A stretch of DNA of 64,000 nt from Eledone cirrhosa (Eukaryota): NCBI GenBank assembly GCA_964016885.1, contig OZ024758.1, forward strand, positions 36,580,001 to 36,644,000. The letters are read 5' to 3'. Below are positions 26,300 to 40,900 of this stretch, piece after piece. The translations under genes were made by a program, and so were the position numbers. The notes under the pieces were generated by a model that worked only from the letters and a program-made list of their open reading frames with translations, did no database searches and was not told the origin of the DNA. Each line of letters begins with the position of its first letter. The stretch's first letter is position 1.

Positions 26300-29200
26300 T
26301 CAGAAGTCACTCCACTGTTGGTGAGAATTCATTTAAGTTCATGGTATTAGCTGTCAGAAGTAACTCCACTGTTGGTGAGAATTCATTTAAGTTCATGGTA
26401 TTAGCTGTCAGAAGTAACTCCACTGTTGGTGAGAATTCATTTAAGTTCATGGTATTAGCTGTCAGAAGTAACTCCACTGTTGGTGAGAATTCATTTAAGT
26501 TCATGGTACTAGCTGTCAGAAGTAACGCCACTGTTGGTGAGAATTCATTTAAGTTCATGGTATTAGCTGTCAGAAGTAACTCCACTGTTGGTGAGAATTC
26601 ATTTAAGTCATGGTATTAGCTGTCAGAAGTAACTCCATTGTTGGTGAGAATTCATTTAAATTCATGGTATTAGCTGTCAGAAGTAACTCCACTGTTGGTG
26701 AGAATTCATTTAAGTTCATGGTACTAGCTGTCAGAAGGAACTCCAATGTTGGTGAGAATTCATTTAAGTTCATGGTATTAGCTGTCAGAAGTAACTCCAC
26801 TGTTGGTGAGAATTCATTTAAGTTCATGGTATTAGCTGTCAGAAGTAACTCCACTGTTGGTGAGAATTCATTTAAGTTCATGGTACTAGCTGTCAGAAGT
26901 AACTCCACTGTTGGTGAGAATTCATTTAAGTTCATGGTACTAGCTGTCAGAAGTAACCCCAATGTTGGTGAGAATTCATTTAAGTTCATGGTATTAGCTG
27001 TCAGAAGTCACTCCACTGTTGGTGAAAATTCATTTAAGTTCATGGTATTAGCTGTCAGAAGTAACTCCACTGTTGGTGAGAATTCATTTAAGTTCATGGT
27101 ATTAGCTGTCAGAAGTAACTCCACTGTTGGTGAGAATTCATTTAAGTTCATGGTATTAGCTGTCAGAAGTATCTCCACTGTTGGTGAGAATTCATTTAAG
27201 TTCATGGTACTAGCTGTCAGAAGTAACTCCACTGTTGGTGAGAATTCATTTAAGTTCATGGTATTAGCTGTCAGAAGTAACTCCACTGTTGGTGAGAATT
27301 CATTTAAGTCATGGTATTAGCTGTCAGAAGTAACTCCATTGTTGGTGAGAATTCATTTAAGTCATGGTACTAGCTGTCAGAAGTAACTCCACTGTTGGTG
27401 AGAATTCATTTAGGTTCATGGAACTAGCTGTCAGAAGTAACTCCACTGTTGGTGAGAATTCATTTAAGTTCATGGTACTAGCTGTCAGAAGTAACTCCAA
27501 TGTTGGTGAGAATTCATTTAAATTCATGGTATTAGCTGTCAGAAGTAACTCCACTGTTGGTGAGAATTCATTTAAGTTCATGGTACTAGCTGTCAGAAGC
27601 AACTCCACTGTTGGTGAGAATTCATTTAAGTTCATGGTATTAGCTGTCAGAAGTCACTCCACTGTTGGTGAGAATTCATTTAAGTTCATGGTATTAGCTG
27701 TCAGAAGTAACTCCACTGTTGGTGAGAATTCATTTAAGTTCATGGTATTAGCTGTCAGAAGTAACTCCACTGTTGGTGAGAATTCATTTAAGTTCATGGT
27801 ATTAGCCGTCAGAAGTAACTCCACTGTTGGTGAGAATTCATTTAAGTTCATGGTACTAGCTGTCAGAAGTAACTCCACTGTTGGTGAGAATTCATTTAAG
27901 TTCATGGTATTAGCTGTCAGAAGTAACTCCACTGTTGGTGAGAATTCATTTAAGTCATGGTATTAGCTGTCAGAAGTAACTCCATTGTTGGTGAGAATTC
28001 ATTTAAGTCATGGTACTAGCTGTCAGAGGTAACTCCACTGTCGGTGAGAATTCATTTAAGTTCATGGTACTAGCTGTCAGAAGTAACTCCACTGTTGGTG
28101 AGAATTCATTTAAGTTCATGGTACTAGCTGTCAGAAGTAACTCCACTGTTGGTGAGAATTCATTTAAGTCATGGTATTAGCTGTCAGAAGTAACTCCATT
28201 GTTGGTGAGAATTCATTTAAGTCATGGTACTAGCTGTCAGAAGTAACTCCACTGTTGGTGAGAATTCATTTAAGTTCATGGTATTAGCTGTCAGAAGGAA
28301 CTCCAGTGTTGGTGAGAATTCATTTATGTTCATGGTATTAGCTGTCAGAAGGAACTCCACTGTTGGTGAGAATTCATTTAAGTTCATGGTATTAGCTGTC
28401 AGAAGTAACTCCAATGTTGGTGAGAATTCATTTAAGTTCATGGTATTAGCTGTCAGAAGTAACTCCACTGTTGGTGAGAATTCATTTAAGTTCATGGTAT
28501 TAGCTGTCAGAAGTAACTCCACTGTTGGTGAGAATTCATTTAAGTTCATTGTACTAGCTGTCAGAAGTAACTCCACTGTTGGTGAGAATTCATTTAAGTT
28601 CATGGTACTAGCTGTCAGAAGTCACTCCACTGTTGGTGAGAATTCATTTAAGTTCATGGTATTAGCTGTCAGAAGTAACTCCACTGTTGGTGAGAATTCA
28701 TTTAAGTTCATGGTATTAGCTGTCAGAAGTAACTCCACTGTTGGTGAGAATTCATTTAAGTTCATGGTATTAGCTGTCAGAAGTAACTCCACTGTTGGTG
28801 AGAATTCATTTAAGTTCATGGTACTAGCTGTCAGAAGTAACGCCACTGTTGGTGAGAATTCATTTAAGTTCATGCTATTAGCTGTCAGAAGTAACTCCAC
28901 TGTTGGTGAGAATTCATTTAAGTCATGGTATTAGCTGTCAGAAGTAACTCCATTGTTGGTGAGAATTCATTTAAATTCATGGTATTAGCTGTCAGAAGTA
29001 ACTCCACTGTTGGTGAGAATTCATTTAAGTTCATGGTACTAGCTGTCAGAAGGAACTCCAATGTTGGTGAGAATTCATTTAAGTTCATGGTATTAGCTGT
29101 CAGAAGTAACTCCACTGTTGGTGAGAATTCATTTAAGTTCATGGTATTAGCTGTCAGAAGTAACTCCACTGTTGGTGAGAATTCATTTAAGTTCATGGTA

Positions 29201-30730
29201 CTAGCTGTCAGAAGTAACTCCACTGTTGGTGAGAATTCATTTAAGTTCATGGTACTAGCTGTCAGAAGTAACCCCAATGTTGGTGAGAATTCATTTAAGT
29301 TCATGGTATTAGCTGTCAGAAGTCACTCCACTGTTGGTGAAAATTCATTTAAGTTCATGGTATTAGCTGTCAGAAGTAACTCCACTGTTGGTGAGAATTC
29401 ATTTAAGTTCATGGTATTAGCTGTCAGAAGTAACTCCACTGTTGGTGAGAATTCATTTAAGTTCATGGTATTAGCTGTCAGAAGTATCTCCACTGTTGGT
29501 GAGAATTCATTTAAGTTCATGGTACTAGCTGTCAGAAGTAACTCCACTGTTGGTGAGAATTCATTTAAGTTCATGGTATTAGCTGTCAGAAGTAACTCCA
29601 CTGTTGGTGAGAATTCATTTAAGTCATGGTATTAGCTGTCAGAAGTAACTCCATTGTTGGTGAGAATTCATTTAAGTCATGGTACTAGCTGTCAGAAGTA
29701 ACTCCACTGTTGGTGAGAATTCATTTAGGTTCATGGAACTAGCTGTCAGAAGTAACTCCACTGTTGGTGAGAATTCATTTAAGTTCATGGTACTAGCTGT
29801 CAGAAGTAACTCCAATGTTGGTGAGAATTCATTTAAATTCATGGTATTAGCTGTCAGAAGTAACTCCACTGTTGGTGAGAATTCATTTAAGTTCATGGTA
29901 CTAGCTGTCAGAAGCAACTCCACTGTTGGTGAGAATTCATTTAAGTTCATGGTATTAGCTGTCAGAAGTCACTCCACTGTTGGTGAGAATTCATTTAAGT
30001 TCATGGTATTAGCTGTCAGAAGTAACTCCACTGTTGGTGAGAATTCATTTAAGTTCATGGTATTAGCTGTCAGAAGTAACTCCACTGTTGGTGAGAATTC
30101 ATTTAAGTTCATGGTATTAGCCGTCAGAAGTAACTCCACTGTTGGTGAGAATTCATTTAAGTTCATGGTACTAGCTGTCAGAAGTAACTCCACTGTTGGT
30201 GAGAATTCATTTAAGTTCATGGTATTAGCTGTCAGAAGTAACTCCACTGTTGGTGAGAATTCATTTAAGTCATGGTATTAGCTGTCAGAAGTAACTCCAT
30301 TGTTGGTGAGAATTCATTTAAGTCATGGTACTAGCTGTCAGAGGTAACTCCACTGTCGGTGAGAATTCATTGAAGTTCATGGTACTAGCTGTCAGAAGTA
30401 ACTCCACTGTTGGTGAGAATTCATTTAAGTTCATGGTACTAGCTGTCAGAAGTAACTCCACTGTTGGTGAGAATTCATTTAAGTCATGGTATTAGCTGTC
30501 AGAAGTAACTCCATTGTTGGTGAGAATTCATTTAAGTCATGGTACTAGCTGTCAGAAGTAACTCCACTGTTGGTGAGAATTCATTTAAGTTCATGGTATT
30601 AGCTGTCAGAAGGAACTCCAGTGTTGGTGAGAATTCATTTATGTTCATGGTATTAGCTGTCAGAAGGAACTCCACTGTTGGTGAGAATTCATTTAAGTTC
30701 ATGGTATTAGCTGTCAGAAGTAACTCCAAT
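26300..30730. repeat. Tandem block duplication, offset 2,315 bp (43 monomers), right domain
   Basis: ORF starts 26610/28925, 27364/29679 and 28224/30539 differ by 2,315. Shared variants AGTATCTCC, TAGGTTCATGGAAC, AGCCGTC and AGAGGTAAC...TGTCGG. Confidence 0.88.
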
Positions 30731-31299
30731 GTTGGTGAGAATTCATTGTTGGTGAGAATTCATTTAAGTTCATGGTATTAGCTGTCAGAAGTAACTCCAC
30801 TGTTGGTGAGAATTCATTTAAGTTCATGGTATTAGCTGTCAGAAGTAACTCCACTGTTGGTGAGAATTCATTTAAGTTCATGGTACTAGCTGTCAGAAGT
30901 AACTCCACTGTTGGTGAGAATTCATTTAAGTTCATGGTACTAGCTGTCAGAAGTAACCCCAATGTTAGTGAGAATTCATTTAAGTTCATGGTATTAGCTG
31001 TCAGAAGTCACTCCACTGTTGGTGAGAATTCATTTAAGTTCATGGTATTAGCTGTCAAAAGTAACTCCACTGTTGGTGAGAATTCATTTAAGTTCATGGT
31101 ATTAGCTGTCAGAAGTAACTCCACTGTTGGTGAGAATTCATTTAAGTTCATGGTATTAGTTGTCAGAAGTAACTCCACTGTTGGTGAGAATTCATTTAAG
31201 TTCATGGTACTAGCTGTCAGAAGTAACGCCACTGTTGGTGAGAATTCATTTAAGTTCATGGTATTAGCTGTCAGAAGTAACTCCACTGTTGGTGAGAAT

Positions 31300-34200
31300 T
31301 CATTTAAGTTCATGGTACTAGCTGTCAGAAGTAACTCCAATGTTGGTGAGAATTCATTTAAGTCATGGTACTAGCTGTCAGAAGTCACTCCACTGTTGGT
31401 GAGAATTCATTTAAGTTCATGGTATTAGCTGTCAGAAGGAACTCCACTGTTGGTGAGAATTCATTTAAATTCATGGTATTAGCTGTCAGAAGTAACTCCA
31501 CTGTTGGTGAGAATTCATTTAAGTTCATGGTACTAGCTGTCAGAAGGAACTCCAATGTTGGTGAGAATTCATTTAAGTTCATGGTATTAGCTGTCAGAAG
31601 TAACTCCACTGTTGGTGAGAATTCATTTAAGTTCATGGTATTAGCTGTCAGAAGTAACTCCACTGTTGGTGAGAATTCATTTAAGTTCATGGTACTAGCT
31701 GTCAGAAGTAACTCCACTGTTGGTGAGAATTCATTTAAGTTCATGGTACTAGCTGTCAGAAGTAACCCCAATGTTGGTGAGAATTCATTTAAGTTCATGG
31801 TATTAGCTGTCAGAAGTCACTCCACTGTTGGTGAGAATTCATTTAAGTTCATGGTATTAGCTGTCAGAAGTAACTCCACTGTTGGTGAGAATTCATTTAA
31901 GTTCATGGTATTAGCTGTCAGAAGTAACTCCACTGATGGTGAGAATTCATTTAAGTTCATGGTATTAGCTGTAAGAAGTAACTCCACTGTTGGTGAGAAT
32001 TCATTTAAGTTCATGGTACTAGCTGTCAGAAGTAACTCCACTGTTGGTGAGAATTCATTTAAGTTCATGGTATTAGCTGTCAGAAGTAACTCCACTGTTG
32101 GTGAGAATTCATTTAAGTCATGGTATTAGCTGTCAGAAGTAACTCCATTGTTGGTGAGAATTCATTTAAGTCATGGTACTAGCTGTCAGAAGTAACTCTA
32201 CTGTTGGTGAGAATTCATTTAAGTTCATAGTACTAGCTGTCAGAAGTAACTCCACTGTTGGTGAGAATTCATTTAAGTTCATGGTACTAGCTGTCAGAAG
32301 TAACTCCAATGTTGGTGAGAATTCATTTAAATTCATGGTATTAGCTGTCAGAAGTAACTCCACTGTTGGTGAGAATTCATTTAAGTTCATGGTACTAGCT
32401 GTCAGAAGCAACTCCACTGTTGGTGAGAATTCATTTAAGTTCATGGTATTAGCTGTCAGAAGTAACTCCACTGTTGGTGAGAATTCATTTAAGTTCATGG
32501 TACTAGCTGTCAGAAGTAACCCCAATGTTGGTGAGAATTCATTTAAGTTCATGGTCTTAGCTGTCAGAAGTCACTCCAATGTTGGTGAGAATTCATTTAA
32601 GTTCATGGTATTAGCTGTCAGACGTCACTCCACTGTTGGTGAGAATTCATTTAAGTTCATGGTACAAGCTGTCAGAAGTAACCCCAATGTTGGTGAGAAT
32701 TCATTTAAGTTCATGGTATTAGCTGTCAGAAGTTACTCCAATGTTGGTGAGAATTCATTTAAGTTCATGGTATTAGCTGTCAGAAGTAACTCCACTGTTG
32801 GTGAGAATTCATTTAAGTTCATGGTATTAGCTGTCAGAAGTAACTCCACTGTTGGTGAGAATTCATTTAAGTTCATGGTATTAGCTGTCAGAAGGAACTC
32901 CAATGTTGGTGAGAATTCATTTAAGTCATGGTACTAGCTGTCAGAAGTAACTCCACTGTTGGTGAGAATTCATTTACGTCATGGTACTAGCTGTCAGAAG
33001 TAACTCCACTGTTGGTGAGAATTCATTTAAGTTCATGGTATTAGCTGTCAGAAGGAACTCCACTGTTGGTGAGAATTCATTTATGTTCATGGTATTAGCT
33101 GTCAGAAGTAACTCCACTGTTGGTGAGAATTCATTTAAGTTCATGGTACTAGCTGTCAGAAGTAACTCCACTGTTGGTGAGAATTCATTTAAGTTCATGG
33201 TACTAGCTGTCAGAAGGAACTCCACTGTTGGTGAGAATTCATTTAAGTTCATGGTATTAGCTGTCAGAAGTAACTCCAATGTTGGTGAGAATTCATTTAA
33301 GTCATGGTACTAGCTGTCAGAAGTAACTCCACAGTTGGTGAGAATTCATTTAAGTTCATGGTATTAGCTGTCAGAAGGAACTCCACTGTTGGTGAAAATT
33401 CATTTAAGTTCATGGTATTAGCTGTCAGAAGTAACTCCAATGTTGGTGAGAATTCATTTAAGTTCATGGTATTAGCTGTCAGAAGTAACTCCACTGTTGG
33501 TGAGAATTCATTTAAGTTCATGGTATTAGCTGTCAGAAGTAACTCCACTGTCGGTGAGAATTCATTTAAGTTCATGGTACTAGCTGTCAGAAGTAACTCC
33601 ACTGTTGGTGAGAATTCATTTAAGTTCATGGTACTAGCTGTCAGAAGTAACCCCAATGTTAGTGAGAATTCATTTAAGTTCATGGTATTAGCTGTCAGAA
33701 GTCACTCCACTGTTGGTGAGAATTCATTTAAGTTCATGGTACTAGCTGTCAGAAGTAACGCCACTGTTGGTGAGAATTCATTTAAGTTCATGGTATTAGC
33801 TGTCAGAAGTAAGTCCACTGTTGGTGAGAATTCATTTAAGTCATGGTATTAGCTGTCAGAAGTAACTCCATTGTTTTGTGAGAATTCATTTAAGTAATGG
33901 TACTAGCTGTCAGAAGTAACTCCACTGTTGGTGAGAATTCATTTAAGTTCATGGTACTAGCTGTCAGAAGTAACTCCACTGTTGGTGAGAATTCATTTAA
34001 GTTCATGGTACTAGCTGTCAGAAGTAACTCCAATGTTGGTGAGAATTCATTTAAGTCATGGTACTAGCTGTCAGAAGTCACTCCACTGTTGGTGAGAATT
34101 CATTTAAGTTCATGGTATTAGCTGTCAGAAGGAACTCCACTGTTGGTGAGAATTCATTTAAATTCATGGTATTAGCTGTCAGAAGTAACTCCACTGTTGG

Positions 34201-37200
34201 TGAGAATTCATTTAAGTTCATGGTACTAGCTGTCAGAAGGAACTCCAATGTTGGTGAGAATTCATTTAAGTTCATGGTATTAGCTGTCAGAAGTAACTCC
34301 ACTGTTGGTGAGAATTCATTTAAGTTCATGGTACTAGCTGTCAGAAGTAACTCCACTGTTGGTGAGAATTCATTTAAGTTCATGGTACTAGCTGTCAGAA
34401 GTAACCCCAATGTTAGTGAGAATTCATTTAAGTTCATGGTATTAGCTGTCAGAAGTCACTCCACTGTTGGTGAGAATTCATTTAAGTTCATGGTATTAGC
34501 TGTCAAAAGTAACTCCACTGTTGGTGAGAATTCATTTAAGTTCATGGTATTAGCTGTCAGAAGTAACTCCACTGTTGGTGAGAATTCATTTAAGTTCATG
34601 GTATTAGTTGTCAGAAGTAACTCCACTGTTGGTGAGAATTCATTTAAGTTCATGGTACTAGCTGTCAGAAGTAACGCCACTGTTGGTGAGAATTCATTTA
34701 AGTTCATGGTATTAGCTGTCAGAAGTAACTCCACTGTTGGTGAGAATTCATTTAAGTCATGGTATTAGCTGTCAGAAGTAACTCCATTGTTGGTGAGAAT
34801 TCATTTAAGTCATGGTACTAGCTGTCAGAAGTAACTCCACTGTTGGTGAGAATTCATTTAAGTTCATGGTACTAGCTGTCAGAAGTAACTCCACTGTTGG
34901 TGAGAATTCATTTAAGTTCATGGTACTAGCTGTCAGAAGTAACTCCAATGTTGGTGAGAATTCATTTAAGTCATGGTACTAGCTGTCAGAAGTCACTCCA
35001 CTGTTGGTGAGAATTCATTTAAGTTCATGGTATTAGCTGTCAGAAGGAACTCCACTGTTGGTGAGAATTCATTTAAATTCATGGTATTAGCTGTCAGAAG
35101 TAACTCCACTGTTGGTGAGAATTCATTTAAGTTCATGGTACTAGCTGTCAGAAGGAACTCCAATGTTGGTGAGAATTCATTTAAGTTCATGGTATTAGCT
35201 GTCAGAAGTAACTCCACTGTTGGTGAGAATTCATTTAAGTTCATGGTATTAGCTGTCAGAAGTAACTCCACTGTTGGTGAGAATTCATTTAAGTTCATGG
35301 TACTAGCTGTCAGAAGTAACTCCACTGTTGGTGAGAATTCATTTAAGTTCATGGTACTAGCTGTCAGAAGTAACCCCAATGTTGGTGAGAATTCATTTAA
35401 GTTCATGGTATTAGCTGTCAGAAGTCACTCCACTGTTGGTGAGAATTCATTTAAGTTCATGGTATTAGCTGTCAGAAGTAACTCCACTGTTGGTGAGAAT
35501 TCATTTAAGTTCATGGTATTAGCTGTCAGAAGTAACTCCACTGTTGGTGAGAATTCATTTAAGTTCATGGTATTAGCTGTCAGAAGTAACTCCACTGTTG
35601 GTGAGAATTCATTTAAGTTCATGGTACTAGCTGTCAGAAGTAACTCCACTGTTGGTGAGAATTCATTTAAGTTCATGGTATTAGCTGTCAGAAGTAACTC
35701 CACTGTTGGTGAGAATTCATTTAAGTCATGGTATTAGCTGTCAGAAGTAACTCCATTGTTGGTGAGAATTCATTTAAGTCATGGTACTAGCTGTCAGAAG
35801 TAACTCTACTGTTGGTGAGAATTCATTTAAGTTCATAGTACTAGCTGTCAGAAGTAACTCCACTGTTGGTGAGAATTCATTTAAGTTCATGGTACTAGCT
35901 GTCAGAAGTAACTCCAATGTTGGTGAGAATTCATTTAAATTCATGGTATTAGCTGTCAGAAGTAACTCCACTGTTGGTGAGAATTCATTTAAGTTCATGG
36001 TACTAGCTGTCAGAAGCAACTCCACTGTTGGTGAGAATTCATTTAAGTTCATGGTATTAGCTGTCAGAAGTAACTCCACTGTTGGTGAGAATTCATTTAA
36101 GTTCATGGTACTAGCTGTCAGAAGTAACCCCAATGTTGGTGAGAATTCATTTAAGTTCATGGTATTAGCTGTCAGAAGTCACTCCAATGTTGGTGAGAAT
36201 TCATTTAAGTTCATGGTATTAGCTGTCAGACGTCACTCCACTGTTGGTGAGAATTCATTTAAGTTCATGGTACAAGCTGTCAGAAGTAACCCCAATGTTG
36301 GTGAGAATTCATTTAAGTTCATGGTATTAGCTGTCAGAAGTTACTCCAATGTTGGTGAGAATTCATTTAAGTTCATGGTATTAGCTGTCAGAAGTAACTC
36401 CACTGTTGGTGAGAATTCATTTAAGTTCATGGTATTAGCTGTCAGAAGTAACTCCACTGTTGGTGAGAATTCATTTAAGTTCATGGTATTAGCTGTCAGA
36501 AGGAACTCCAATGTTGGTGAGAATTCATTTAAGTCATGGTACTAGCTGTCAGAAGTAACTCCACTGTTGGTGAGAATTCATTTACGTCATGGTACTAGCT
36601 GTCAGAAGTAACTCCACTGTTGGTGAGAATTCATTTAAGTTCATGGTATTAGCTGTCAGAAGGAACTCCACTGTTGGTGAGAATTCATTTATGTTCATGG
36701 TATTAGCTGTCAGAAGTAACTCCACTGTTGGTGAGAATTCATTTAAGTTCATGGTACTAGCTGTCAGAAGTAACTCCACTGTTGGTGAGAATTCATTTAA
36801 GTTCATGGTACTAGCTGTCAGAAGGAACTCCACTGTTGGTGAGAATTCATTTAAGTTCATGGTATTAGCTGTCAGAAGTAACTCCAATGTTGGTGAGAAT
36901 TCATTTAAGTCATGGTACTAGCTGTCAGAAGTAACTCCACAGTTGGTGAGAATTCATTTAAGTTCATGGTATTAGCTGTCAGAAGGAACTCCACTGTTGG
37001 TGAAAATTCATTTAAGTTCATGGTATTAGCTGTCAGAAGTAACTCCAATGTTGGTGAGAATTCATTTAAGTTCATGGTATTAGCTGTCAGAAGTAACTCC
37101 ACTGTTGGTGAGAATTCATTTAAGTTCATGGTATTAGCTGTCAGAAGTAACTCCACTGTCGGTGAGAATTCATTTAAGTTCATGGTACTAGCTGTCAGAA

Positions 37201-37950
37201 GTAACTCCACTGTTGGTGAGAATTCATTTAAGTTCATGGTACTAGCTGTCAGAAGTAACCCCAATGTTAGTGAGAATTCATTTAAGTTCATGGTATTAGC
37301 TGTCAGAAGTCACTCCACTGTTGGTGAGAATTCATTTAAGTTCATGGTACTAGCTGTCAGAAGTAACGCCACTGTTGGTGAGAATTCATTTAAGTTCATG
37401 GTATTAGCTGTCAGAAGTAAGTCCACTGTTGGTGAGAATTCATTTAAGTCATGGTATTAGCTGTCAGAAGTAACTCCATTGTTTTGTGAGAATTCATTTA
37501 AGTCATGGTACTAGCTGTCAGAAGTAACTCCACTGTTGGTGAGAATTCATTTAAGTTCATGGTACTAGCTGTCAGAAGTAACTCCACTGTTGGTGAGAAT
37601 TCATTTAAGTTCATGGTACTAGCTGTCAGAAGTAACTCCAATGTTGGTGAGAATTCATTTAAGTCATGGTACTAGCTGTCAGAAGTCACTCCACTGTTGG
37701 TGAGAATTCATTTAAGTTCATGGTATTAGCTGTCAGAAGGAACTCCACTGTTGGTGAGAATTCATTTAAATTCATGGTATTAGCTGTCAGAAGTAACTCC
37801 ACTGTTGGTGAGAATTCATTTAAGTTCATGGTACTAGCTGTCAGAAGGAACTCCAATGTTGGTGAGAATTCATTTAAGTTCATGGTATTAGCTGTCAGAA
37901 GTAACTCCACTGTTGGTGAGAATTCATTTAAGTTCATGGTATTAGCTGTC
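31300..37950. repeat. Tandem block duplication, offset 3,608 bp (67 monomers)
   Basis: ORF starts 31365/34973, 32173/35781, 32981/36589 and 33304/36912. Shared variants CTCTACT, TCATAGT, AGACGTCAC, GTACAAGCT, AGTTACT, TTTACGTC, AAGTCCACT and TGTTTTGTG. Confidence 0.92.
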
Positions 37951-40900
37951 AGAAGTAACTCCACTGTTGGTGAGAATTCATTTAAGTTCATGGTACTAGC
38001 TGTCAGAAGTAACTCCACTGTTGGTGAGAATTCATTTAAGTTCATGGTACTAGCTGTCAGAATTAACCCCAATGTTGGTGAGAATTCATTTAAGTTCATG
38101 GTATTAGCTGTCAGAAGTCACTCCACTGTTGGTGAGAATTCATTTAAGTTCATGGTACTAGCTGTCAGAAGTAACGCCACTGTTGGTGAGAATTCATTTA
38201 AGTTCATGGTATTAGCTGTCAGAAGTAAGTCCACTGTTGGTGAGAATTCATTTAAGTCATGGTATTAGCTGTCAGAAGTAACTCCATTGTTTTGTGAGAA
38301 TTCATTTAAGTCATGGTACTAGCTGTCAGAAGTAACTCCACTGTTGGTGAGAATTCATTTAAGTTCATGGTACTAGCTGTCAGAAGTAACTCCACTGTTG
38401 GTGAGAATTCATTTAAGTTCATGGTACTAGCTGTCAGAAGTAACTCCAATGTTTGTGAGAATTCATTTAAGTCATGGTACTAGCTGTCAGAAGTCACTCC
38501 ACTGTTGGTGAGAATTCATTTAAGTTCATGGTATTAGCTGTCAGAAGGAACTCCACTGTTGGTGAGAATTCATTTAAATTCATGGTATTAGCTGTCAGAA
38601 GTAACTCCACTGTTGGTGAGAATTCATTTAAGTTCATGGTACTAGCTGTCAGAAGGAACTCCAATGTTGGTGAGAATTCATTTAAGTTCATGGTATTAGC
38701 TGTCAGAAGTAACTCCACTGTTGGTGAGAATTCATTTAAGTTCATGGTATTAGCTGTCAGAAGTAACTCCACTGTTGGTGAGAATTCATTTAAGTTCATG
38801 GTACTAGCTGTCAGAAGTAACTCCACTGTTGGTGAGAATTCATTTAAGTTCATGGTACTAGCTGTCAGAAGTAACCCCAATGTTGGTGAGAATTCATTTA
38901 AGTTCATGGTATTAGCTGTCAGAAGTCACTCCACTGTTGGTGAGAATTCATTTAAGTTCATGGTATTAGCTGTCAGAAGTAACTCCACTGTTGGTGAGAA
39001 TTCATTTAAGTTCATGGTATTAGCTGTCAGAAGTAACTCCACTGTTGGTGAGAATTCATTTAAGTTCATGGTACTAGCTGTCAGAAGTAACTCCACTGTT
39101 GGTGAGAATTCATTTAAGTTCATGGTATTAGCTGTCAGAAGTAACTCCACTGTTGGTGAGAATTCATTTAAGTCATGGTATTAGCTGTCAGAAGTAACTC
39201 CATTGTTGGTGAGAATTCATTTAAGTCATGGTACTAGCTGTCAGAAGTAACTCCACTGTTGGTGAGAATTCATTTAAGTTCATGGTACTAGCTGTCAGAA
39301 GTAACTCCAATGTTGGTGAGAATTCATTTAAGTCATGGTACTAGCTGTCAGAAGTCACTCCACTGTTGGTGAGAATTCATTTAAGTTCATGGTATTAGCT
39401 GTCAGAAGGAACTCCACTGTTGGTGAGAATTCATTTAAATTCATGGTATTAGCTGTCAGAAGTAACTCCACTGTTGGTGAGAATTCATTTAAGTTCATGG
39501 TACTAGCTGTCAGAAGGAACTCCAATGTTGGTGAGAATTCATTTAAGTTCATGGTATTAGCTGTCAGAAGTAACTCCACTGTTGGTGAGAATTCATTTAA
39601 GTTCATGGTATTAGCTGTCAGAAGTAACTCCACTGTTGGTGAGAATTCATTTAAGTTCATGGTACTAGCTGTCAGAAGTAACTCCACTGTTGGTGAGAAT
39701 TCATTTAAGTTCATGGTACTAGCTGTCAGAAGTAACCCCAATGTTGGTGAGAATTCATTTAAGTTCATGGTATTAGCTGTCAGAAGTCACTCCACTGTTG
39801 GTGAGAATTCATTTAAGTTCATGGTATTAGCTGTCAGAAGTAACTCCACTGTTGGTGAGAATTCATTTAAGTTCATGGTATTAGCTGTCAGAAGTAACTC
39901 CACTGTTGGTGAGAATTCATTTAAGTTCATGGTATTAGCTGTAAGAAGTAACTCCACTGTTGGTGAGAATTCATTTAAGTTCATGGTACTAGCTGTCAGA
40001 AGTAACTCCACTGTTGGTGAGAATTCATTTAAGTTCATGGTATTAGCTGTCAGAAGTAACTCCACTGTTGGTGAGAATTCATTTAAGTCATGGTATTAGC
40101 TGTCAGAAGTAACTCCATTGTTGGTGAGAATTCATTTAAGTCATGGTACTAGCTGTCAGAAGTAACTCTACTGTTGGTGAGAATTCATTTAAGTTCATAG
40201 TACTAGCTGTCAGAAGTAACTCCACTGTTGGTGAGAATTCATTTAAGTTCATGGTACTAGCTGTCAGAAGTAACTCCAATGTTGGTGAGAATTCATTTAA
40301 ATTCATGGTATTAGCTGTCAGAAGTAACTCCACTGTTGGTGAGAATTCATTTAAGTTCATGGTACTAGCTGTCAGAAGCAACTCCACTGTTGGTGAGAAT
40401 TCATTTAAGTTCATGGTATTAGCTGTCAGAAGTAACTCCACTGTTGGTGAGAATTCATTTAAGTTCATGGTACTAGCTGTCAGAAGTAACCCCAATGTTG
40501 GTGAGAATTCATTTAAATTCATGGTATTAGCTGTCAGAAGTAACTCCACTGTTGGTGAGAATTCATTTAAGTTCATGGTACTAGCTGTCAGAAGTAACGC
40601 CACTGTTGGTGAGAATTCATTTAAGTTCATGGTACTAGCTGTCAGAAGTCACTCCACTGTTGGTGAGAATTCATTTAAGTTCATGGTATTAGCTGTCAGA
40701 AGGAACTCCACTGTTGGTGAGAATTCATTTAAATTCATGGTATTAGCTGTCAGAAGTAACTCCACTGTTGGTGAGAATTCATTTAAGTTCATGGTACTAG
40801 CTGTCAGAAGGAACTCCAATGTTGGTGAGAATTCATTTAAGTTCATGGTATTAGCTGTCAGAAGTAACTCCACTGTTGGTGAGAATTCATTTAAGTTCAT

